Source: the human T2T-CHM13v2.0 reference genome, Homo sapiens
Strand: one strand, 5' to 3'
NCBI RefSeq assembly: GCF_009914755.1
Contig: NC_060928.1
Length of the DNA stretch: 64,000 bases
Shown here one piece after another: positions 39,017 to 54,950 of the stretch. The notes below the pieces were generated by a model. The model worked only from the letters and a program-made list of their open reading frames with translations. It was not told where the DNA came from and searched no databases. Made by a program: the position numbers and the translations under genes. How positions within the stretch are numbered: position 1 is the first letter of the stretch; the number at the start of each line of letters is the position of its first letter.

Positions 39017-41785
39017 AGTGTTTAGAATTGCAGGGTCCTCAAGGCAAGATGTGAAATATCCTTCTGCCAACTCTTCTCAACCACATATTGAGGAAAATGA
39101 ACCTGCCTCTCAGGATTGGTATGAAGAATAGCTTATAAAAATGAGTGTGAAACCCTTTGCAAATACCAAATGCTGTATGAATGTTAAGTAATAATAAAGA
39201 TCTGTATAAATGCAGCGAAGCAGCCCAACCTCCAGGTGCTTTTTCAAACTGGACACCAGCCATTTAAGATTCATCCATCATTCACTTTCGGGCATCCTTT
39301 TCTTTACGAAAAAATAAAATAGGCTGTCTACATTGCAAGGAAATGGAAAAATCGAATTTCAAAGCATATAAGCCCCTATACCTTGATCATTCAAACTAAT
39401 GGGTTCTGTTAGTGAGTTAATGAAGATAATGTTCGTGAAGTAATGAAGGGGTAAAAATATCAATTACAATTATGGCTTTGTTTTCTTCTCAGAAAGCACA
39501 AGATTCTAGCTGCAAGTAGATTTTGAAGACATGAAGACATGTGGTACACAGCCGCTATCACAGGGCAGGCATTATTCACTGTGTCTATCCCTAACTCCTC
39601 CAAGAACTCACTTGTCAGTAATCCCCAAGCATTGTTTGTCTCTATGTTGAAGAACAAGGAGGGGGTGAAATACAGTGTTCATGAGCAACATAACCACGAT
39701 GATTGTCATCCTGCAGCCCCTTGCAGCAAGAATGATAGAAAAAGAGAGAGAAAGAAAAAAACTCTTCCCCAGCAAACCATTTCCTCCAAAGACATGATTC
39801 ACTAACATTTGATTTGACAAGTTGTAGGCACTCCTAACATTATTTTTTTCCCCTTTGCTGTTCATTTGGGGAGCAAAGATTTATTGCCTCTCCTGAATAG
39901 GACAAGAGATGCACTAGAAATAAGAATCAATAAGGTTTTTCTTCTTTTCCTTGCCCATCTTTATAGAAGAAAACCATTTCTTCACTAGGTTCTTAATTCT
40001 TTTTTATTTCAAAATACAGTTAATCTTTTTCTGTAATGTTAAATAAAATTTGAAAACAGAAGGAAACAGTAGTCATGTTGTGGGGCAATGAGAGGTGATC
40101 CATTTGAAAGTCAAATACTCTTCCCATGTGAAGTTTCCTGGCCACACAGAGTCAATAGCCTCTGTCACTGGACTGCCCTCCTCTTTCAATGTAGTGCGCA
40201 TAAATCTGCCACACATGTGAGCCGTATTGTATATGGGTTTGCCCTGAATGTACACGAATAAAAACTATGCAAGATTTCATTCATAAAATCCCAAGCAATT
40301 ATTGTTTAATAAAACAAAGGTAAAAAGAGCTGGGTCCTAGTCCATGCAGATTTTGCTGGGTATCTAATGAAGTGCTTCATGAAACAAAATAAGCCAGGAG
40401 AGCTGGCACTGGGCTGCATCGAGTTTTACTCCTGGGTGCAAAAAAAGAGCATAGTATTTGTTTCCTCTCTGGTGGTAAGTGGATCTAAAGAGAAAACCAA
40501 AGAGGAACAAGTAAAGTTTATTCAATGTACAATATATGAAACTAATTTTTATGAGTGCTATCATGTTTTATCACCCTTAAGATAGGTATAATCTCCTGAT
40601 ATATGCATATCATATGCATGTATACCCTTTCAAAGCAGTCTTAGCTCTAGCTGTTAAAATGGCAGACAGCCTCTCAGCATTTCCATTATAAAACCTGATT
40701 TTCAGGGATTTATAACTAAACTGAAGATTTCCTTCAGAGTGAGGCAAGAATCACCAGGTCTCAGCTCAGAGCACAATTTTGCTTTCAGTTTTCTGGGAAG
40801 TTTGGTTTGGTCATTATCAAGTTATGGAAATGCAAAAATAAATACATCAAAGTTTATAGGGATCTGGTTTTTTTCCCTCTATTTTTTTTAACCCGTAGTA
40901 AAGCTTTCAAATAGCTTGGTTATCTGAAAAGACACTTAGTCCAAAATATGGATTTCTTTCTTAAAATGGCTGCAACTTTGACATTTAAAGATTGGTTATT
41001 ACACATGCATAGAAGCTGCTTCCCCAAAAGCTACTCAGCAGTACTGTGCAATATGGTATGTATCACGCATACTTAATGCCCACTTGCCAAATGATCCTCT
41101 CCTATTGCTGGACTGAGGAAATGGCTTTTAACAGGAATGACAAATATATTACCAATTCAATTATTGCTTTATTATATTGCACTCTTTAAAGATTGCTTGA
41201 AGAGTAGCATAGATTGTGCAAAAACTACTTAATTTCATGCATCATTCTAAAAGTAATTATTTACTTCCAAATTAATATTAGCTGAAAGACCTTAAATCCC
41301 TTGCCACCAACGACTTCTAGAAAACATTATGGTGATTCTTTACAGGGTCCAGAGAAAATAATTAACAACAAGATAATGCTTAATTAGCATTCACATAATG
41401 CACCATTATAGTTTCAGACAAAGAGGCAATAATATTCCACATGCTCCAAAATGTATTTCCAAACACACAGATTTCAATCAAGTCTAAATAGGTTCATTGA
41501 AAAAAATAAAGTTCAATTCATTGTGACTCTTAGCTGCATAGTATTTCTTTCCCTTGATGAAAATTCTTATGTAATACACTTATAAAAAGACATACTTACA
41601 AGATGTTTATACAAGGTGTGATCATAAAGCTTTTGCACAGCCACTTGAATATCATCATTATAACAAATCCACATTCTTTTGGGAGCAAACTTATTCGAAA
41701 CAAACAAAGACATTACCAGACGAAACTTGTGAATGAGGCTGACATATGAGTTTTGGTTTGAATATAGCCTGATGAGACTGGGGTT

Positions 41786-41816
<31 letters not shown>

Positions 41817-43050
41817 TCTTATGACCCTGAAGCCTAAGCTGAAAGCATCATAAATGAGGAGGATAGGAAAATGTTTGGTGCAATGGAAGCATGATTGAAA
41901 TGTATGACAGTTTTTGATTCATGCAACAAATATTCATTACATGCCTTCTGCAGAACAAACACTGAGCTAGGAACTGTGATCACAAAGATACCAGCTATGT
42001 TCTCAAAGTTCTTATGGTCTAAAATGAACAAATTTTGACGTTTTAAAATTAGTATTCAGCCTTAATCATATGGATTGCTAGCTATTAAAATATACTCATA
42101 AAACTATAAAAGTAAAAGCCAAATAAAAGACATTTCAGTTCTTGTCTCAACAAAAAACTGAGTAAGTCTTTGGGAGGGTGGGGACACAGGGAAAAAAGTG
42201 CCTGTAGTCATCAGTCAAAAATCAGTCAAGATGCCGCATGTTGTTTTCAACTCTCTGAACTCCTTAGAAAAAAAAAAAATTCACCTCTCAAGAATCTTTT
42301 CAAGAAACTGCTTGCCCACAACATAATTGATAAAATTGATATATAATTCTGAATAATTTTCTGGTTTCAATGAATTTTCACATACATTTCCCCATTTAAT
42401 CTTCATAATAAGTCTGAAATAGGCAGAGCATGTGCGTCTATTCTTACTTTTTAGATAAATAAACTGAAATTTGGAAATGTTAACCACACAGTTAGAAAGT
42501 GACATTTTTAAGACCAATCAGGAGGATAGAAACAATAGGAAATAATAACAAGGAGGCTTTTCATGCAAATATTTCTAAAGTTTAGGTTGTCAATAAATCT
42601 TTTACGAATTCCAACAAATCTATATTTTTGTTTCTTCCCTTAGATAGCTGAGGCTGTTGTTTACCTGCCACAATTACATCAGACCAAACATGCTACAGTC
42701 AATATTTCTGACGATCTGAGATACCAGTAGAGTAGTAATCAGTTTAACTTCAGGGTAAAGACTGCTTAGGCATTACAACAAAAAACACAGATCAGCTTTG
42801 CTGCCATCTGACTTTTTCTGCCACCAAAGTAAATTAAGACCAAGATATTTGCTGTTGAGGAAGGAGGAGTGTTTGAGTGCTTGCATCATGCAGAAAGGCT
42901 ATCTATTCAGGAATAAAAAAATGCTGTTGATAATGTGTCAAATCTCCATTTTACTCTGCCTGTGTACGTCATCACTAAATTGTGCAGCACAGTACAATTG
43001 ACACAATGAGTAGGCACAATGAATTAAAATAATGAAAATGATCCATTTAC

Positions 43051-43080
43051 CTCTGACTTTTCTCGGTTTTGCTCTCTGAT
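43051..43080 (-). other. Candidate 30-nt microexon
   Basis: Minus strand reads aactgctctgtctttattcttacag|ATCAGAGAGCAAAACCGAGAAAAGTCAGAG|gtaaat. Length is a multiple of 3 and all frames are open. Confidence 0.45.
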
Positions 43081-43499
43081 CTGTAAGAATAAAGACAGAG
43101 CAGTTATCTCTCTAGGAAGGACACTTGACTGTCTTATGCATTTAACATACAGAAACGGAATGTGCATACATATACCAAGAGTGTGGTTTATAGTAGAGAA
43201 TGTAGAGCATTGAAGAGAACATACAACTTACATGCAAATCCTGGATTCTAGTCGTCCTTCCACCACTTGCTGTATGACCTTGATCAAATCACCTCTCAGC
43301 CTTAGTTTCCCTATGGGGGGAAACAAAATGTGAATAATAATAACATCCCGCTATCTCACAAGCATAACCAAAGGGAAAGCACTTTGTAAACTGTGCAAAG
43401 GACTGTACATATGTGAAGTGTCATATTAAAGATATTATTATTATTTTCATGACCACAGGGATTTTTTTTTAAATGTAGGTTTTTAAATGCCTGAGAAAA

Positions 43500-43860
43500 T
43501 GGGGCAGTCACAGAACCATGATTTTAAACAAACTTTATTTGGGCGCATGACTGACTGGCAATTGTGTGCAATCATTTCAGCTGTCACAGGCCCAGAGAAA
43601 TGTGGGAGAGCTCTTCCATGAAATGTTTATATTTCATAAACAAAATGATGTGCTTAACAGAGTGATGGGAGGGTTCCGGCTAATGCATTTTCCAATGTGT
43701 GAGGCAGATTATTAATGCGCTCCAGTAGCTGTTAATTTCAGTTTGCCGGAATGATTTATGGGGAGGTAAAGGAGAGAGACATAATCTAATTGAGATCAGA
43801 ATCACTGTTCTAGCAGCAAAGCACCAACATGGACCGTAGGCACAGCAGAATAATTAATAC
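43500..43860. promoter_or_regulatory. Candidate conserved non-coding enhancer block
   Basis: CAGCTGTCA (E-box plus MEIS), TAAACAAA twice (FOX), TGATTTATGG at 43752 (PBX-HOX), TAATCTAATTG, retained CpGs. Confidence 0.55.
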
Positions 43861-44294
43861 CTAATAAGCAAATAATCCATTAAATTATTATAAACATTAC
43901 TTTTGACAACTCTTTTGTTGGCAGATGGAAGAGGGAAAAAAAGAAAAAAGAAACAAAAGATATAAAAATCACTACTTTCTCTAATAATATTTATTGTAAA
44001 GGTAGATTTTGTCAGAGCAAGGGTGATGAATATCATGATGGGCTTGAGAATTGTGACGAATTCTGAGTATACTATGAGGCCATTTTTGCCATAATATAAA
44101 TGGCAATTGAATGCCTGGAGCAAGATCACTATGCAGACGTAAAATTAAATAACTCCCATTCTCAAAATATCTCTCACTGTACTTTATCATTACCCTGCTA
44201 GTAAGTAGACTAGTCCTTGCCACTATGAAGGCAATCAGATGTAGAGCCTAAAAGGGAGAGAAAGATAAATAGCCCCTCTATACAAGCCCCTTTT

Positions 44295-45045
44295 AGTTTT
44301 TTCTGTTTTTTTAATTTTTTAATGTGATAAAATACACGTAAATTACCATTGTAGCTCTTTTTAAAAGTGTACTATGCAGTGGTGTTAAGTATTCACATTG
44401 TTGTGTAACCATCACCACCATCCACCTCCAAAACTTTTTGTCTTCCCAAACTGAAACTCTGTACCCATTAAACAACAACTCCCCATACCCCACCCCCTAA
44501 CCCCAGGTACCCATCTTCTATTTTCTGCCTCTGAATTTCACTCCTCTAAGTAACTCATGTAAGTGGAATCATAGAGTATTTATCCTCTTCTGACTGGCTT
44601 ATTTTATTTAATATGTTTTCAAGTTTCATCCAAATTGTTGCAGCTGTCCGAATTTACTTTCTTTTTAAGACTTAATAATGTTCTATTGTATACTACATTT
44701 TGTTTATCCATGCATCTGTTAGTGGACAATTGGGTTGCTTTCTCCTTTTGGCTACTGTGAGTAATGCTGATATGAAGTTGGGTAAATACAAATATCCATT
44801 CAAATTCCTGCTTTCGATTCTTTTGAGTACACCCAGAAGCGGAATTGCTGGATCATATGGCAATTTTCCATGTTTAGTTTTTTAAGGAACCACTATAACT
44901 TTTTCCACAGTAGCTGCACCATTTTACACTCCCACCAGCAGCGCACAAGGATTCCAATTTCCCCACATCCTCACCAACACTTGTTATTTTCTTTTAGATC
45001 TCTTTTTATAATAACAGACATTCTAATTGGTGCAAAGTAGTTTTT
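44295..45045 (-). mobile_element. L1MB-type 3' fragment
   Basis: 'cattgttgtgtaaccatcaccaccatcc...ctgaaactctgtacccattaaac...ggaattgctggatcatatgg...cccacatcctcaccaacacttg'. Confidence 0.9.
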
Positions 45046-46957
45046 TCTTAAATAGACAGAGTTATTTAAAGTGGCTGTCTTACCTCCAAAGGACCCAATA
45101 AATGTTATTTTAGCTTTTGCCCTTCTTAGAGACTTTTATCTTGTCTGTAGTTCAACATGAATTTGACATCTACGTCAGAACAAGCCTAGAACTAGGTGGG
45201 TATGCATCAACCAGCTGAGGAAGCAAAACCACACTGGAATAAGTACATAACAGGTAAAGTGGCCACCAGATGGTTCAGAAGGGTGTATATGCATTTGAGG
45301 GGTACATGCAAGTAGAGAACCTCTTTCACTATCACCCAGAAATTCCAAACATACTCTGTAAGAAGACTTCATGTCCCCTCTCAGGCCTTACTTCACCTTC
45401 CTCTACTTCTTTTTTTAACCATCCTTTCTGGACCTCCATTTCTCCAAGATTAATCATGACTGCTTGAAGCAGGATTACCATTGCTTACTCCATTTCCTGC
45501 CCCTCATGGCTCCCTTCTCTGCCTATCCTTCTCAATGCTGTTTTTAAAATTATTATTATTATTCCAGTAAATCTCTGCAAGAATTTGTTCCCATGTTTGT
45601 TTTTCTCTCTTACTGAACAAAAGACCACAAATCTATGATGCCAAAGAATTAATTCCTTACTGCATGAGTGTAAAATATCTGAAGTCCAGTAGGAGTGACT
45701 CAGTCACTCAGGCTGATGGCTGTAACAAGAGTTAAGCTCTGGTTGCCCTAACTTCTTGTTCCCACTCTATTATTACATTCTTCGGGGACATGGACGAAGT
45801 CATATACCTTCTCTTTGCCTCGATTTCTTCTTCCATTAAATGGGAGCAACAGAATTGCCATTGATTTTGTTAAGACCTAATCTGGAGACTGCAGTCTGCT
45901 TTGAGACATTAGGATGCCTCTAATTAACATTATAATAAGCATTAAAGCTAATTTTAGTTATTTAATAATGTATTAGCTTAGGGGAAACATTAATAGATAT
46001 AGGGTAATGGATGATCAACAAAGAATGGGCAACTAAATATTTGGGACATGGTTTATACATAATGCAAGAATCCCTTCCCAATCATCATAAAATGTCTAGA
46101 TTGGTAATACTACAAGAGTGTATGAAATTATATACTATCAATTTGATTTATCTTCAAGAAATTCATGAAGTTTTGAAATTGGCAATGCAAGGATCTCTAA
46201 GAATTTCTAAAATCTTACTCTAATATACCCTTTAGAGATAATAAGATGTGACTCTTTGAAGAATGCTAGAAGAGAGTGTATCTTTTTTGCATTCAAAATC
46301 CACAGTACACATATAAAAAAGGCTTCTGAATTATTTCAAAGAGTTTTGCTTTAAGAAATTTGTTCAAAACTCTCTAGGTGTGCATTTAGGAGGCTAACCA
46401 AAAAGACAGGTAAACTTCTAGGCAATCCTTCTATTTCCACTTAGTATGTATAACTCTCATTCCTCAGGATCCTTTCATAGTACAGGCAGATGTCCCCTTC
46501 TTACTATCAATCACTAAAGGATTGAGGTTAGAAGTAATATTTGGAAATCCTGAGTCACAGCCTTGGTATTACACTTCTCAATTCTTGTAAAGAACACCCA
46601 ATTCTAAAGATCATTAACTGGCTGCCATAAAATTCTAATGGTATCTACTTTGCAAAAGCTTAGGAACACCTTACAACAGATAAGTCTCTTCCAAGGTACC
46701 TAAATAATGCTATATACACCAGAGCTTGAGGACACCCCAGAAACTATTTTACAGATGCAGAAAATACAGCACAGAGAGGTCCTAATGCTTGTTAGTGATG
46801 GAGTCGATACTAAAAATAAGATCTCCTGAGTCTTTATCTACAAGTCTTTCCACTCCTCCACATCACTTCCTCATCAAGTCTAGCTAAGTATCATTTTATT
46901 ATTGCTTTTCCTTGCTCATTCAGCAAATTTCACTGATGAAATAAAACACATTTGAAC

Positions 46958-47830
46958 TCATTCATTCATTCATTCAATCATTGAGCCACTATGTGCCACA
47001 CACTTTACTAAGCATTAGGAACAGTGCATGAGTAAGACAGACAAGTTCCTGCCCTCATGAGTTTACACTCTGGTAGAGGAGAAAGGAATTAAGCAATTAA
47101 ATAAAATTTTAAGATATGCATACAAATCCTAAGTGCTATGAAGGAAATAGGGTTCTATGAAGGAAATAAGGAGATGTGATAGTCACTAGGTGTGGCCGAT
47201 TTACATTGAGTGGTCAGAGAAAACTTCTCTGAGTAGGCGTCACTGAGCTAAAAGTGAAGTGAGGGATAACACTAGCACACAAAGAGCTGGGGTAGTGCAT
47301 TGCAGGCTGAGGGGATAAGCCTTGTGGCACAAAAGGGCCTGGTGGTTCAGAGGGCCAGCACAGAGGTCAGTGTGGCTGGGGTGCCATGAGAAAGGCAGAA
47401 GGAAGTATCAAGTGAGATTACAGAGGGATACAGGAGCCAGATCATCTGGGACCTAGAAGCCAATGTACAGGGTTTAGTTTTATTCAAAGAGCAATAAGAC
47501 ATCATTGAATGTTTTAAGCAGGAGGATGATGTGGTCTGCTTTAGGTTTTTGAAAGACCACTCACGACAACAGCTGGGTGAAGAAGGGATTGTAAAGGATT
47601 GAGTATGAAATTAAGAAGACAAAACAGAGGCTGTGGCAATGTCCAGGTGAGACAGGATGGAGTTTTGAACTAAGGTGATGGCAGTGGGGTAGAAAGGAGT
47701 AAGTGGATACCATGTAAGTTTTGGAAGTAGAGCCAATATAAGTTGGTGATTCACAATAAAAGAAATATGCGGGAAATTAAGAGACTAAGTGTAACGCTTA
47801 GTTACTGCCATGAGATAATGGCAATGCTGT
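46958..47830 (-). mobile_element. L2a-type LINE-2
   Basis: (TTCA)n terminus followed by 'ctatgtgcca...agacaagttcctgccctcatg...gttttaagcaggagg'. Confidence 0.85.
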
Positions 47831-49429
47831 CTAGCAAGGTGATGAATTTTGCTGTCGTTTCACGTCACCTCATTGTAAAGCCTACAAGGATATACAGCTT
47901 TGTAAAGCCAAGGGCATAACTGGAAATTAGAAATATCTATGATACCTCCAAGAGAACCAAGTCATCCATCTCTATATTTGAGATATTGAGAGATCATCCA
48001 TCTCTCCATGTACTAAGCATGATCCCCCATCAATACTAAATAGAATGGAGAAACATGTCCCTGCATTAATTACAAAACATTGATTACAATTGGCTTACGT
48101 TGGTGACTCCACACCCCTTCACTCCAGGGCTCTCCATAATGCCTGCAAAATAGCTAGTGATACACTTGCTAAGAACTTCAGGAAGCCTACAATCTTGTAT
48201 AGACCCACTAGAAGGAATAAGTGAGAATTCTGGACAGACTGTGCACTTTTGAAAATCATTATATAACATACTGTCAACCTTTTAACCCTGAACAAAATAT
48301 TCATACTTTATTGCCTATTTCACAGTTGTATATCTAAATGACAATTTGCTCTTTTCCTCCATGTAATCCCGATATATCTTGCCTCCAGAAAGTATTCTAT
48401 GGTACTTCTAAGAGCAACACAGGCTGAAATACAAGGAATATTGAGATGTTTACTTCTTTGAAAAATTGGGAGAAGAAAAACCATGGAATCTATAACAAAA
48501 ACAACAAAAAAGAGGTTAAACGTAAGCGAAGAAGATTATTATGCAACTCCTAGAATGCCCGTGAAACTGGAGAAAACGGGGAGGAAAGTAAAGCTCTCTT
48601 CTTTGTTCAGGCCAGCTAAGGCTGCATAGAGTCTATCATCAGGTCTTGGGTCCTTCCACAATTTGAGTACAGATGGAAGAGAAAACATAATTAACAGCTG
48701 TGCCTTGACTTCTATGCCTGAGTAATATCCCGGGTCCTAAAACCAGTTTGTATGGCAGAACACCAATCTCCAAGTCTCCCTGGGACAATGAATAGCCTGA
48801 CTTTTCCCCTTTAAGATACACAAATATGTCTAAATTACTGGAAGTAAACATCCAAAGAAGGAAACAGCCTAATTCCCACCACAGAAGTGACCCAGTCTCC
48901 AAGATGAAGGACTGAGGAGGGAGTGGTTACATTTTAGCTTTTGCTTCTTATTTCTCTACACAAATGTTTTACATCAATGCACATCCAAAAAAGGAGCCAT
49001 AAATTTTAGAAATAAGAATAGTAGCCCTAGTTTCAAGCTGGTGGTGGTATCTTCACCATTTATGCAATTGCTGAGGAACTCCCCAGGAGTTTTTGGCACT
49101 GTGCTTAGGAAATCATAAGACATTAGAGCTTGTAGACAGTCCTTGACTGGTGAGGTACAAAGTGTTTGTGATGATGAGGTTCCTCCTCCCCAAACTACCA
49201 ATAGTTTATTCCACCTTCCACACTCCTAGAGTCCACTTTTTTGTCATGTAGAAATTTTTTGCAGAAATATAGAGATAGAATTTCTCTAAACCTTTCATGC
49301 CACTATGGAGTTCATTTTCCAAAGACAATTTAAATTTGTCTGCTAAACGCACTCATGCATCACCTGATAACTAGGCCCTGAAGATATGGAGGCAATTACC
49401 CTCCTAGAACTTACTGTCCACACCAAGTC

Positions 49430-50860
<1,431 letters not shown>

Positions 50861-51466
50861 AAAGCCAAAGGGCTTAATAGTTACTATATTTGTTTATCAG
50901 GTATTTTTTATTAAGAGGCATTTTTTATCTTTTTGAAGTCTTGATGTCGCATTGCCAACATACACTATTGCCAACATAGAAAATCCATGCATATACACCT
51001 GCATGATTGAATATTATGCTCAATCAAATGCAGAGGAAGTGTTATTTGAGTCTCTTAATGAGATACAGCTAGAATGGAATATTTCAGGACTTAACAGTTG
51101 TCTCCCACTGCAGTAAGCTGAGGAGACATGTCAGACTCAAAGGACAATCAAAACACATGCATGTTCTTACTAGCGAGAGCATTGGACCAGAGCTTTTGGG
51201 CCTTCTATTATGATGAACTGGGCTGGACCATGTAGAAGATTGAAGGATTCATTCTACCACTTCAACTTAAGACTTATACTAGAAGCAGAACAAAGAACTA
51301 TCCAATTTCACCCACACCCACATATCTGACTTTGGCCAAACAGATGCAACACTGGGGGAAGATGAGCTCCATTCCTTCTTCGCAAGGCGTTGTGTGAAGA
51401 ACGCCTAAGTGTCTTCTCAAGGTTTCTCTCTCTCTGCTCTCTGCCCCGCACCCTGACCTAGCTTAC

Positions 51467-51540
51467 CCTTCCAAAACTGGAGGCATCCCCCAAGTGGAAG
51501 ATACTTAGAAGCTCTATTTTGACCCATAAGTTTCATGCAT
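51467..51540 (-). other. Candidate 74-nt minus-strand exon
   Basis: Minus strand reads ctttctttgtgctgtcttttctccaag|...GGAAGG|gtaagc. Confidence 0.25.
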
Positions 51541-52304
51541 CTTGGAGAAAAGACAGCACAAAGAAAGATCCGAGGAGAATGCACATCCTGCCTTTTATTT
51601 TATTTATGATACTTTTATCCTTCCTACTAAAAATTATAGTCAATTGTGTACATTTTGACATGGCTGTGTGTGTGTGGTCTGTGTGTGTGTGTTTGTGTGT
51701 GTGTGTGTAAAAATATTGGGAATACAGAGCTCCTCCTAGTGGTTAGAACTCATGGCCAATGGGTTTAAAACTAAAGTCCCAAGTTTGCTGTATTCACTTG
51801 TTAATTTAGAAATATTTGAAAGGCAATAAAATTGAGGGCTAAAGAAGCAATATCAAAAAAGAAACGGGAGAATTACTGAAGGAGGGAATAGTTATCTTGG
51901 TCTCTTTTTGCAGGAAGAACTGGGAATGTCAGTCAGGCCAGTGAAAACTGTATTAAGTGGATAATTTTAGAAAATCAACATGTAAAGCTGAAAAGGCTTC
52001 CTTCCAAATTATCAAATATGATCATCCTAGCAGTGAGTAAAGATCATATCTATGTTTTTCCCAGGAATTGAGAAAAATACTAATAATTATAGGCACTTAA
52101 TAAATATGCCATTTGTTGAATTTATTGAATAAGGGGCCTAGAGAATCAAACCCTCCACATATATTAGCTCTGATTCATAAGATCTTTATTTATTTTGCAT
52201 TTTATTTAGAGCTCTCTTGTCTCACTGATTGTCAGGAGTTATCCATGGGCAACATACTTATGAGAAAACAATTGACTTTTGAGCTACTTTAAAAAACAAT
52301 AGTA

Positions 52305-52572
52305 AATAATGGTTAAAAAGTTAAAAAGAATAAATAAGACCTAGTATTTGCTAGCACAACAGAATGACTACAGTAAAAAAAATTTAATTATACATTGTAA
52401 AATAACTTAAAGAGTGCAATTGAATTGTTTGTTACACAAAGGATAAATGCTTGAGGAGATGGATACCCTGTTTACCCTGCATATTATGCATTGCATGCCC
52501 TTATCAAAATATCCCATGTGCCTCATAAATATATATACCTACTATGTGTCCACTAACATTAAAAATAAAAGT
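52305..52572 (+). mobile_element. L1MA2/3-like 3' end
   Basis: 'aataagacctagtatttg...cacaaaggataaatgcttgagg'. 14-bp TSD aaaaaacaatagta at 52291 and 52573. Confidence 0.9.
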
Positions 52573-53369
52573 AAAAAACAATAGTATTAAACATTATATA
52601 TACATATACATACATGAAATCTGTAGCCTGAAGCCCCCAAGGAGCTGCAAAGCCCATAGAGCCCATGAAAACTTAATATGATTTGGGAAATATTATAAAG
52701 CTAAATATAAATACTTATATTTATCCTTCACAAGACTATCCTGTCTAACATTTCTTTGGATTCATTGCTAACAGCCTTTCAGAATCATTCGCAATTCTCT
52801 CACATATTAATATTTGACCAATTCATATTAAGTAAAACATAGTATTATTTGAAGAGGAGTTTAGTTTAATTTTGACAAACGTCTATTATTCTAAACACTG
52901 AAAATTACCATACATTGTTTCAACAAATGGTACACTACTACTGTCTTTTAGAGAGGAACTACAAATGTAGGTCAAATGTTTTCCATATCTTTACAGAACA
53001 AAGTAAATAAATGAAAAATAGATGTATTAAATAAAATTTACTCTAGCATTAGTCATTTCAATATTTGTGGTTTTGACTAATTTTTTAGTCAAAGGCTAAG
53101 ACATGTAATGATTTAAAACTGCTAAAGGAAGCAATTAAATCAAACTATGTCAAGGCTATAAGGTGGCAGCAATTCACTTAGCTTGTACAGGCCAGCAGAC
53201 TCTGGTGGGACTTTCTTTTTTCTCTACTTGTTTTCACATTTATAGAATCTCTCATTTCAGAACTGACACTCCTTAAGGGATCACTTAATAAAAAGAGGGA
53301 AATACAATTGAAAGTTTGAAGAGTCCAAAAGTCTTCAGACATGTCACTTACAATTATCAAATTCCATAG

Positions 53370-53703
<334 letters not shown>

Positions 53704-54599
53704 AATAACCTTACTTTTAAGTTAGATACTATCATAAGTTGCCTATAAACAGATTCGACCTTTAGACTCACAAGCTGCCAATAATTGAATAAAAATGAGT
53801 GTATATTTGTATGTAAGGGAACATTAAATAGGTCAATTCCTGTACTCATGAGATTGTACCTGAAGCCACAAAGCTACAAACAATAGGCAAAATAAGTGCC
53901 TTTACAATCTGAAAGAGGAAATAATCACATCAAGACCAGCCTTACTAAAAGGCTGCTCCAGCACTATGAACACCTTTCGCTAGAACGACCTACTTTCACT
54001 AGCCAGACGGATGTTTATATGGCTACAAAATTTGGGGGCCCAGGGATGCCACAGGGCCATGTGAAAAAGTTCTAAGGAGAAATTAGCATGTCTTCTAGAG
54101 TTTGGGGGGTTATGAATTTTGAGATTAGTATCTGCCTCTAGCCTGGTGGATGTGGAAGGCAGAAAGCAATCTGCATTTGCCAAAAAAAAGCAGCATTTGG
54201 GCACATTACACTCTTAGAGTTTTACATGGCAAAGAGAGTAGGTTTCCCATGAGCCAAGTAGATGCCATGAAAGGTAGCTGGGTCAAGCATGGCCTCCCAG
54301 ATGAGCAGATCCCAGAAGTAAGAAGCTGCTGGATTTGAACTTGGAAGCAGGAGTTGAAAGGAAGGTCACAAGAGGTATGCCTAAAAGTGCACGATTTCCA
54401 TCAGAGAAATGGACAGATCCCCACAAAGAAGTTTCAAAAATCCCATAAATGCACCTCTTGAGAGATCCAGCATGTGGACACTTGAAATTCTAAGGGCACC
54501 TTAGCAGAATTATACCACTAGACATTTAGCTACATTTGTCCTCCTTTTATCATTTGTCCCTCCTCCCCATCCAACTGTTTGTAAAAACAGTTGTTTGAG

Positions 54600-54950
54600 C
54601 TGTTTGTAAAAGAGAAATAAATGCCATAATTATTTGAAAATGGGAAGGGAAGAAGAAAAATTATTGCTATTTACAAATAGCAATAGTATGAATACTTACA
54701 AAATCTAAGAAAATAAACTGAAAAATGATATATTAGTATGGGAGTTTAGTAAAGTATCTAGATATCATCACACACACACACACACACACACAAATTAGTA
54801 TTGCATCAATAAAAGTAGCTGGAAAATTCCATCAATAAAAGTAGCTGGAAAATATAATGCAAAAAAAGACAACATACACAGCAACCTAAAGTAAAAAATA
54901 TCTAGGAATAACACTAACAAAATGTGCTGGACCTCTATATGAGTTTATTG
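54600..54950 (+). mobile_element. Old L1M ORF2 fragment containing (CA)n and a 23-bp tandem duplication
   Basis: A-rich L1-like sequence. catcaataaaagtagctggaaaa occurs at 54804 and 54830. Confidence 0.55.

Noticed and set aside
45693-45709. Palindrome GAGTGACTCAGTCACTC containing an AP-1 site
   Set aside because: Isolated, short, and within MIR-like sequence, so chance is plausible.
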